This document shows, piece by piece, positions 58,178 through 64,000 of a DNA stretch of 64,000 bases. The DNA comes from an uncultured Bacilli bacterium (GTDB lineage Bacteria > Bacillota_I > Bacilli_A > RFN20 > CAG-826), in contig CALVSB010000007.1 of assembly GCA_944358895.1 (NCBI GenBank), forward strand, positions 140 to 64,139, read 5' to 3'. Every line of letters starts with the position of its first letter. Position 1 is the stretch's first letter. The notes below the pieces were generated by a model. That model made no database searches, had not been told where the DNA came from, and worked only from the letters and a program-made list of their open reading frames with translations. The position numbers and the translations under genes were made by a program.

Positions 58178-58262
58178 GTCTAGCCGGCGCAATGTATCAA
58201 CGTATTTTCTCCTTTCGCGCCGACGGGCAAGCCAGCCAGGCTGAAGTGGGCCTGGCTTTTTA
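58178..58262 (+). ncRNA. candidate small RNA (two hairpins, terminator, CU-rich loop); speculative
   Basis: Possible promoter TTGTAA (58144-58149), 16-nt spacer, TAAAGT (58166-58171). Hairpin 1: CGGCGC (58185-58190) / GCGCCG (58217-58222), with a 26-nt loop containing TTCTCCTTTC. Hairpin 2: AGCCAGGC (58234-58241) / GCCTGGCT (58250-58257) plus a T-run. Confidence 0.2.
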
Positions 58263-58286
58263 AGTTAAAAGCCCCGAAGTGATGTG

Positions 58287-58325
58287 TGCCCATCCTCCTG
58301 TGTCTAGGATTCGGGGCACGCATCA
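58287..58325. repeat. 39-bp direct repeat, left copy
   Basis: TGCCCATCCTCCTGTGTCTAGGATTCGGGGCACGCATCA. 36/39 identical to 60184-60222. Confidence 0.8.
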
Positions 58326-58340
58326 TTCCTAGAACTCGGA

Positions 58341-59612
58341 TCAATCGCGAAGGGTCGCTAGCGGGACGACATAGACGCCGTCGTCCCTTCGATAGGCATA
58401 GCGCGATTTGGTTATCACCATAAGATAAAGCGGCTTTTCGACCAAGTCTTCCTGAAGCTTGAGAAGGTTTTTCGCTGCCCCATCGATCGCTTCATCGTCG
58501 CCTAGCTTAATTTCGATGAGGCCGAAGGAACCATTTGAATAGACTATGACGGCATCAGCCTCAAGTCCTCTTTTGTCTCGGTAATGGTAAAGTTTGGCGT
58601 TGATGGATTCGCTATAGACCTTTAGGTCTCTTATGGCCAGCGATTCGAACAAAAAGCCGAAATATCTAATATCCCTAAAAAGAGAAGAAGGCGTCAATCC
58701 CAAGGCGGCTGTAGCGATAGATGGATCGACAAAATAGCGGACCTCTTTTGTTCTGATGGCCGTTCGGCTTCGCAAATTCGGGTTCCACGCCCTGACGTTA
58801 TCGAGAATGTAAAGCCTTAGGAGCACTTCTTCGAACTTATTCATCGTTTCCTTGTCGATGCCAACGTCGTCGGCAAGAAGCGAAGAAGGGCATGGAGTGC
58901 CTATGTTTCGAGCGTAGGAGCGAACCACCTTTTCGGCAATTTCTACATTTTTATGTAACTTGATGCCTCTTACCGAAAACATGTCTTCGTTGCAGAGCAT
59001 GTCGCAGTAATCGATGGCTTGCTGCAAAGCGACATCTTCCTTTTCCCCGATGGCCAGGGGCCAACCCCCGCGGCAAATCCAAAAAGCGTAGTCTTCGATA
59101 TCGGCCTTCGATACGGATGGTTCGAATTTGCCTTCCCCCAATTCGGAAAGGGAAACGGCCCCATTGCTATCCCCGCTTTCGAAAAGGGACATCGTCCTTA
59201 GTTTTTTGATGGTTATTCTTCCGTTTCCGGTGTGCCTTTCCTCTTCTTCTTTTTCCCCGCTGTCATAGGCGAGCCGATCAGTCACGCTTCCCGTCAAAAT
59301 GAATTGACCGAACTCATCGTTTTTGTCGACTTCGGTCTTGATCGAATCCCAAATGAACGAGATGATTTGCCATTCGTCTATCAATATTGGCTTCGGGCCT
59401 TGAGACAAGAAAAGCGAAGGGGCGTTTTTGGCGAACAACACGTTTTGCCTTCTTGTGTCGGCTGGCAGCATTTCAATGATGGTTCTAGCGTGGCGGGAGC
59501 ACGTCCTCGTCTTTCCACACCATTTCGGGCCGACCACAAGAACAGCCCCCTTGCTCTTCAAGGAGAAATCTAGCGATTTGTCAAATAAGCGCGGCAAATA
59601 CTCTTTTTTCAT
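58341..59612 (-). CDS. AAA_14/DUF4143-type ATP-binding protein
   Basis: 423 aa. Walker A VVGPKWCGKT, Walker B ILIDEWQ, ILTGS, and the C-terminal restriction-endonuclease-like region typical of this family. Visibly lower GC than the flanks. Confidence 0.82.
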   Translation of the reverse strand: MKKEYLPRLFDKSLDFSLKSKGAVLVVGPKWCGKTRTCSRHARTIIEMLPADTRRQNVLFAKNAPSLFLSQGPKPILIDEWQIISFIWDSIKTEVDKNDEFGQFILTGSVTDRLAYDSGEKEEEERHTGNGRITIKKLRTMSLFESGDSNGAVSLSELGEGKFEPSVSKADIEDYAFWICRGGWPLAIGEKEDVALQQAIDYCDMLCNEDMFSVRGIKLHKNVEIAEKVVRSYARNIGTPCPSSLLADDVGIDKETMNKFEEVLLRLYILDNVRAWNPNLRSRTAIRTKEVRYFVDPSIATAALGLTPSSLFRDIRYFGFLFESLAIRDLKVYSESINAKLYHYRDKRGLEADAVIVYSNGSFGLIEIKLGDDEAIDGAAKNLLKLQEDLVEKPLYLMVITKSRYAYRRDDGVYVVPLATLRD

Positions 59613-59653
59613 GGAATAAATTTACCTTCAAATCGAAATCGGGACAACTAAAT

Positions 59654-59740
59654 TCGAAGAAATGGCGAGCATTTAGTCGAAGAAATGGCTAACGTTTAAT
59701 CGAAGAAATGGCGAGTATTTAGTCGAAGAAACGGCAAAAA
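59654..59740. repeat. 23-bp tandem repeat, about 3.7 copies
   Basis: TCGAAGAAATGGCGAGCATTTAG (59654-59676), TCGAAGAAATGGCTAACGTTTAA (59677-59699), TCGAAGAAATGGCGAGTATTTAG (59700-59722), and partial TCGAAGAAACGGCAAAAA (59723-59740). Lies 42-128 nt upstream of the ATPase start. Confidence 0.85.
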
Positions 59741-59786
59741 CATCAGGGGCGAGACCGGATTTCGTCGCTTCGGCCGCGGAACTGGG

Positions 59787-60002
59787 TCAGGATGTCGGAA
59801 GAGAGAAACCGCGAATTGCTGCCGTAACGTAAACGTCGACTTTGCCCCGATTCATGGGGGTATTCAGTATCCCGTAAAGTTTGATCGTCCCCTTCCCTCG
59901 CCGCTCGGCCTCAGTGATGGCAAGCTGGGCTTCGTCTAGGAGAATGTAGTATGTTTCCCCATCGCCTTTTATTTGCGATTTCAGATACGCGGACAGTTTC
60001 AC
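59787..60002 (-). pseudogene. fragment of a second AAA_14/DUF4143-type ATPase
   Basis: The 71-aa ORF contains YYILLDEAQ (Walker B-like) and VDVYVTAAIRGFSL, where the family has VDxYxTGSNSxxLS. No Walker A and no C-terminal domain. Confidence 0.4.
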
Positions 60003-60033
60003 GGGGTCTTGACAATCTTCATTTTCGTCGTCT

Positions 60034-60177
60034 TCAAGCGAAAGGGCGATGATTCGCCCAGAGGCCGACTTGCTTCATGAAGCTCTCGCTTCGTTCCTTT
60101 CCCTCCGGATGGAAACCCCTTTCCCCGTTTTTGCATTTTTTGACACATTCAAGCTTGAATTGCGGCGAATATTTCAT
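60034..60177 (-). pseudogene. remnant of an IS3-family-like OrfA/HTH N-terminus
   Basis: MKYSPQFKLECVKKCKNGERGFHPEGKERSESFMKQVGLWA resembles the N-terminus of IS3-type helper/HTH proteins (MKYSxEFKLxCVxxY). Truncated after 47 aa, with no transposase body. Confidence 0.35.
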
Positions 60178-60183
60178 AAAAAA

Positions 60184-60222
60184 TGCCCCTCCTCCTGTGT
60201 CCAGGATTCGGGGCACACATCA
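60184..60222. repeat. 39-bp direct repeat, right copy (also the feo operon terminator hairpin)
   Basis: TGCCCCTCCTCCTGTGTCCAGGATTCGGGGCACACATCA. On the minus strand it forms a TGCCCC/GGGGCA stem followed by TTTTTT, just after the stop at 60239. Confidence 0.8.
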
Positions 60223-60238
60223 AAGACGGGGCTTTCCG

Positions 60239-60454
60239 TCATTTTCCTTGTTCTTTCGACTCGGAGCAGCAGGAGCAGGCTGCCTTCTCTTCCTTCTTTT
60301 TCATGGCCCGGTAGGAAGCAACGAGCATTTTTCCCCGCCCCGAGCAATCGCAGCCCGATGGCCGGCCTTCCTTCTTCCGCTTGAAATGGCGGTAAAGGAG
60401 GAAGGCGAAGTAGATGGCGAGAAGGGCAAAGGTAAGGTAATAGGCCCAATGCAT
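60239..60454 (-). CDS. FeoB-associated Cys-rich membrane protein
   Basis: 71 aa. One N-terminal TM helix, then GCDCSG...CSCC. Lies immediately downstream of feoB. Confidence 0.8.
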   Translation of the reverse strand: MHWAYYLTFALLAIYFAFLLYRHFKRKKEGRPSGCDCSGRGKMLVASYRAMKKKEEKAACSCCSESKEQGK

Positions 60455-60455
60455 C

Positions 60456-62723
60456 TCAGTCGGCTCCCTTCATCTTTTCTTCAAGGCTCTTCTTCTTGTT
60501 GTAGAAGTAAGCGAAGGTGAAGAAGCCGGCAAGGAGAAGGACAACGATGGCGATGGTCCAGGGATAGTCGCACATCAGGAAGAAGGCCGTTCCCCCGACG
60601 TAAGAGACAAGAAGCCAGAAGAGGATCGTCCAGCCCATCTTTCCCTTCGGGAGCTCGGCATGGGCCGTGGCCACGGCGGCAAAGCAGGGAATGGTCAAGA
60701 CGTTGAACATGATGAAGGCGAAGAGGGCGCCCGAGGTGATGGTTCCCCCGCTTAGGCTGACCGCCTGGACGATGGCCTCGACGGCTTCGACGTCGCTTCC
60801 GGCGAACTCGGCGGTCCCGAGGATCGCCGCCCCGAGGTAGCCCATCGTCATGATGACGTTTTCCTTGGCAATGAGGCCGGTGATGGCCGTGACGGCGAAG
60901 GCCCATCCCCAGGCCGTCCCGAGCTGGTAGCCGAAGCCGAGCGGGGTAAAGAGGGGCTGAATGAGGCGGCCGATGTCGGCGAGGATCGATTCGCCGATCT
61001 GGTTATTCTCCAGGTAGGTGTAATCCCAGCGGAAGTGGGAGAGGACCCAGACGGCGATCGTCGTGAGGAAGATGATGGTGAAGGCTTTCTTGAGGAAATG
61101 CTTCCCCTTGTCGTAGATATGGATAGCAAGGGCCCGAGGCTGGGGAAGATGGTAGGAAGGAAGCTCCATGATGAAGGGCGGGACCTTCTCCCTCATCGTC
61201 GTGAGGTGCATGGCGATGATCGAGATGATGGCGACGCCGATCCCGGCAACGTAGACGAGGAGGGCGACGAGGTCGCTGGCGGCCCAGCCGAAGTCAGCGG
61301 CCAAAACGCCAGCCACCGCAGCCAGGATCGGGGCTTTGGCCATGCACGAGAAGAAAGGAATGACGCGGATGGTCTGGATCCGCTCCTTTTCGGTGTTGAG
61401 GCTCCGGGTGTTGATCATGGCCGGAACCGAGCAGCCAAAGCCCATGATCATCGGGAGGAAGGCCCGGCCCGAGAGGCCGAACTTCCGGAAGACCCGGTCG
61501 AAGATGAAGGCAACGCGAGCCATGTAGCCGCTGTCCTCGAGGATGGAGAAAAAGAAGAAGAGGAAGAGAATCTGGGGAATGAAGCCGATGACGGCGAAGA
61601 GTCCGCCGAGGACCCCGTCAACGATGAAGCCCTGAAGCGGCACGAGGGAGGGGTCGGTGAACCATCCGCTCACGAGGGTACTGAGGCCCCCGGTCAGGCA
61701 GTTGACGAAATTGGCCAGGATGACGCCCGGGGACATGATGGCCCCGTCGGCATAGAAGAGTCCCTCCCACATCGTGCCCTCGGCGAAGGTCCCCTGGATG
61801 AGGCCCGAATAGGACAAATAGAGGAAGTCCTCGCTGAAGACGAGGTGGAAGATGACGAAGAGAAGGACGATGAAGATCGGGATGCCGGCCCAGCGGTTGG
61901 TGAGGACCTTGTCGACCTTGTCGGAAAGCGATAGCTTTTCGCTTTCCTTTTGCCGCTTTCTCTTGGTGGCTTCCTTGCAAAGCTTCTCGATGAAGGCATA
62001 GCGTTCGTCGGCAATGGCGGCTTCCAAGTCCGACCCGTCTTCCTGCGCCAGCTTCTGGACCTCCTCGTAAGGAAGGGGGTTAGCCTTTGCCTCGAGTTCG
62101 TCTTTCTCGAGGGCCTTGACGGCATGGAAGAAAGGGCTCGAAAGTCCGGCGGCCTCGTAGGCCTTCTCGGCCTTCGAGTAGATTTCTTTTTCCGGGAGGA
62201 CCGAATGGCCTTTACGCGGAGATAGGGCGGCGTCCCGGGCCGCTTCCATGAGTTCCTTCAAGCCCTTTTCCCGAAGGGCCGAAATGAGGACGACTTTGAC
62301 GCCGAGCCTCTCCTCGAGGGCCTTGACGTCGAGTTTCCGCCCTTCCTTCTCGAGAACGTCGACCATGTTGAGGGCGATGACGAGCGGAACGTCCATCTCG
62401 AGGACTTGGGTGGACATATAGAGATTCCGCTCGAGGTTGGTCGCGTCGACGACGTTGATGACGACGTCGGGATGCTCGTCGATGATGAAATTGCGGGCGA
62501 CGACTTCCTCTGGCGTATAGGGCGAGAGAGAATAAATCCCCGGCAAATCGACGATATCCATTTCGCTATCCTTCGAAAAACGGTAGGTTCCGCTCCGCTT
62601 TTCGACAGTGACGCCAGGCCAGTTGCCGACATAGGCCCTCGACCCGGTAAGCGAATTGAAGAGGGTGGTCTTGCCGCAGTTGGGATTGCCAAACAAGGCG
62701 GCTGTCAATTTCTTCTGTTCCAT
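60456..62723 (-). CDS. feoB: ferrous iron transporter FeoB
   Basis: 755 aa. N-terminal G domain GNPNCGKTTLFN...DLPG, then a polytopic permease domain. Confidence 0.96.
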   Translation of the reverse strand: MEQKKLTAALFGNPNCGKTTLFNSLTGSRAYVGNWPGVTVEKRSGTYRFSKDSEMDIVDLPGIYSLSPYTPEEVVARNFIIDEHPDVVINVVDATNLERNLYMSTQVLEMDVPLVIALNMVDVLEKEGRKLDVKALEERLGVKVVLISALREKGLKELMEAARDAALSPRKGHSVLPEKEIYSKAEKAYEAAGLSSPFFHAVKALEKDELEAKANPLPYEEVQKLAQEDGSDLEAAIADERYAFIEKLCKEATKRKRQKESEKLSLSDKVDKVLTNRWAGIPIFIVLLFVIFHLVFSEDFLYLSYSGLIQGTFAEGTMWEGLFYADGAIMSPGVILANFVNCLTGGLSTLVSGWFTDPSLVPLQGFIVDGVLGGLFAVIGFIPQILFLFFFFSILEDSGYMARVAFIFDRVFRKFGLSGRAFLPMIMGFGCSVPAMINTRSLNTEKERIQTIRVIPFFSCMAKAPILAAVAGVLAADFGWAASDLVALLVYVAGIGVAIISIIAMHLTTMREKVPPFIMELPSYHLPQPRALAIHIYDKGKHFLKKAFTIIFLTTIAVWVLSHFRWDYTYLENNQIGESILADIGRLIQPLFTPLGFGYQLGTAWGWAFAVTAITGLIAKENVIMTMGYLGAAILGTAEFAGSDVEAVEAIVQAVSLSGGTITSGALFAFIMFNVLTIPCFAAVATAHAELPKGKMGWTILFWLLVSYVGGTAFFLMCDYPWTIAIVVLLLAGFFTFAYFYNKKKSLEEKMKGAD

Positions 62724-62726
62724 GGT

Positions 62727-62954
62727 TCAAGCCTTCTCCTCAACCTCGATGCAATGAGCTTCGTCCTTTCTTAGCGAAAGCTCATAGCCGCGGATCGTTA
62801 TCTCAATCGGGTCGCCGAAGGGGGCGCGCTTGCGAAGATAGATTTCGGCTCCCGGGGTAATTCCCATGTCGAGAAGATGGCGGCGGACCCGCCCCTCCCC
62901 GCCGGTCTTGATAACCGAGGCCGTGGCCCCGACCTTTAGTTCATCTAGCAGCAT
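62727..62954 (-). CDS. feoA: FeoA family protein
   Basis: 75-aa SH3-like protein with RRHLLDMGITPGAEI...GDPIEITIRGYELSLRKDEA. Confidence 0.85.
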   Translation of the reverse strand: MLLDELKVGATASVIKTGGEGRVRRHLLDMGITPGAEIYLRKRAPFGDPIEITIRGYELSLRKDEAHCIEVEEKA

Positions 62955-62964
62955 GAGAAACCCC

Positions 62965-63180
62965 CTAACAGCTGACGGCGATCATCCCCGCCACATCCTT
63001 CGAGATGGCTAGGCGCGTGCCCCGGACCTCGCAAAGGGCCGAGGAGCCGCTTTTCCCAAGCAGGACGATGGAGGCGTCCCTCGTGATGCCGAGGGAAGCC
63101 AGGTGTTTGGCGACGTGAGCGTCGCCCCCGACCTTCACGACCCGAAGAGGGACATTGGTCGGAGCAATGAGCAATGGCAT
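62965..63180 (-). CDS. feoA: FeoA family protein (second copy)
   Basis: 71 aa. VAKHLASLGITRDASI...CEVRGTRLAISKDVA. AGGAG SD 7 nt upstream. Confidence 0.8.
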   Translation of the reverse strand: MPLLIAPTNVPLRVVKVGGDAHVAKHLASLGITRDASIVLLGKSGSSALCEVRGTRLAISKDVAGMIAVSC

Positions 63181-63191
63181 GTTTCTTCTCC

Positions 63192-63244
63192 TAGTTGCCT
63201 TAAGGTAACCGTCAATATCTTAGTTACCTATGGTTTACTGTCAA
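63192..63244 (-). promoter_or_regulatory. feoAAB promoter with two operator-like boxes
   Basis: Minus strand: TTGACA (63244..63239), 16-nt spacer, TAAGAT (63222..63217). Box 2, TAGTTACCTATGGTTTAC (63221-63238), fills the spacer. Box 1, TAGTTGCCTTAAGGTAAC (63192-63209), contains the near-palindrome GTTGCCTTAAGGTAAC and lies between the predicted TSS and the SD. The boxes are 12/18 identical. Confidence 0.45.
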
Positions 63245-63308
63245 CCCGCAAAACGCCTTCTAATCCCAAAATCGAGGCTTGCTAGCCCCAAAGGGCGGCG
63301 ATTGCCTC

Positions 63309-63314
63309 TATAAT
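63309..63314 (+). promoter_or_regulatory. -10 box of the DtxR-family regulator gene (leaderless candidate)
   Basis: TATAAT (63309-63314), 6 nt before ATG 63321 with no SD. Confidence 0.35.
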
Positions 63315-63320
63315 CTCTCC

Positions 63321-63701
63321 ATGGAAATCGATAAGGATATACACGAATCGGGCGAGGATTACCTCGAGAGGATCCTGATGCTCGAGGAAACCAAAGGAAC
63401 CGGGAAGGTTCACGCCATCGACATCGCCAACTCCCTAGGCTATAGCAAGCCTTCGATCAGCAAGGCCATTAAGAAGCTTTCCAGCCTCGGCTATCTCGAG
63501 GTCAACCGGCGAGAGGAAATCACTCTTACCGAAACGGGCCTCGAAGTCGCTTCCAAGACCTACGAGCGCCACCGCTTCCTCGGCAACTGGCTCGTTTCCC
63601 TCGGCGTCAGCCCTGAGCAGGCCTTCAAGGACGCCTGCAAAATCGAGCACGACCTAAGCGAAGAAACCTACAACGCCCTGAAGGAGCATTTCGACAAATA
63701 A
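63321..63701 (+). CDS. DtxR/MntR-family metal-dependent transcriptional regulator
   Basis: 126 aa from MEIDKDIHESGEDYLERI. Winged HTH (IANSLGYSKPSISKAIKKL) and a metal-binding helical domain (YERHRFL...CKIEHDLSEE). The track start is TTG 63279. Confidence 0.85.
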   Translation: MEIDKDIHESGEDYLERILMLEETKGTGKVHAIDIANSLGYSKPSISKAIKKLSSLGYLEVNRREEITLTETGLEVASKTYERHRFLGNWLVSLGVSPEQAFKDACKIEHDLSEETYNALKEHFDK

Positions 63702-63702
63702 C

Positions 63703-64000
63703 ATGCGCATCGTCTCTTGGAACGTCAACGGGATCCGCTCGGTCCTCGGAAAGGGCTTCTACGACTCGCTTTCCTCTTTGTCCCCCGACGTCGTTTTCGT
63801 GCAGGAAACCAAGTGGACCGACGGCCCGAAAAACATCTTCCCCGAACCGTTGCCCGGCTACCAGGAAGTCCATACTTCGAGCAAGGTTCGCAAGGGATAT
63901 AGCGGAACCATGGCCTATTTCAAGGAAAAGCCATTGAGCATTCATTTCGGCCTCGACGATGGGGCTTACGACGAGGAAGGACGGGTCATTACCCTTGAAT
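63703..64000 (+). CDS. xth: exodeoxyribonuclease III, N-terminal part (runs off the right edge)
   Basis: Manual translation from ATG 63703 gives MRIVSWNVNGIRSVLGKGFYDSLSSLSPDVVFVQETK...YSGTMAYFKEKP, open to the window end. WNVNG and QETK are ExoIII/AP-endonuclease motifs. Confidence 0.85.
   Translation, partial: MRIVSWNVNGIRSVLGKGFYDSLSSLSPDVVFVQETKWTDGPKNIFPEPLPGYQEVHTSSKVRKGYSGTMAYFKEKPLSIHFGLDDGAYDEEGRVITLE

Noticed and set aside
58192-58263. 23-codon ORF (MYQRIFSFRADGQASQAEVGLAF) inside the candidate sRNA.
   Set aside because: It has no SD at a suitable distance, and it ends inside a terminator hairpin. It is more likely non-coding.
59654-59740. Considered a CRISPR array.
   Set aside because: The repeats are directly abutting 23-mers with no spacers. 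There are only ~3.7 copies and no cas genes in the window.

Overview
This is a 64-kb chromosomal segment from a moderately GC-rich bacterium. The gene content looks Bacillota-like: a ThrRS-like/uridine-kinase fusion, DUF3737, a FeoB-associated Cys-rich peptide, TraX, CPBP, a lipobox lipoprotein and strong GGAGG-type SDs. The taxon cannot be fixed from this window. Coding density is high and about 50 genes are supportable.

Gene order, left to right:
- An aldo/keto reductase fragment.
- A complete F1Fo ATP synthase operon on the minus strand (atpI-like, then B, E, F, H, A, G, D, C). Its c subunit carries a Na+-type two-carboxylate ion-binding signature.
- A nucleoside kinase, then glpK coupled to an unknown gene, then yigZ-pepP.
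- An 8.4-kb gene for a ~2800-aa membrane-anchored repeat protein.
- CPBP protease, TraX, trxA, DUF3737, tRNA-Asp and tRNA-Gly, rdgB, and two membrane proteins.
- The most unusual locus, at 28.3-36.2 kb. It is a tightly packed cassette encoding a degenerate SpoVK/CbbX-like AAA+, a TM-less VirD4/TraG-like coupling-protein ATPase, a divergent ClpP, and a 1255-aa TM + Rossmann (TrkA-N-like) + RyR-like protein, followed by a smaller RyR-like protein. No other conjugation, Clp-unfoldase or integrase genes occur in the window.
- HAD hydrolase, an ABC/ABC-2 pair, MFS, a lipoprotein, and a Sel1-ABC-ABC-vsr operon.
- A DUF1624-like acyltransferase, acyl-CoA synthetase and NUDIX.
- A low-GC patch with a 600-bp ORF-free spacer, then a second ABC exporter pair.
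- A ~1.9-kb AT-richer insertion (AAA_14/DUF4143-type ATPase, gene fragments, 23-bp tandem repeats) bracketed by 39-bp direct repeats.
- feoA-feoA-feoB with a divergent DtxR-family regulator, then xth running off the right edge.

At least nine genes have a -10 hexamer 6-8 nt upstream of the start codon with no SD, which suggests leaderless transcripts.

The supplied ORF track reports longest ORFs with alternative start codons and many antisense shadow ORFs. I trimmed starts where RBS or promoter evidence allowed. All family calls come from motif recognition by eye; no database search or computation was run.
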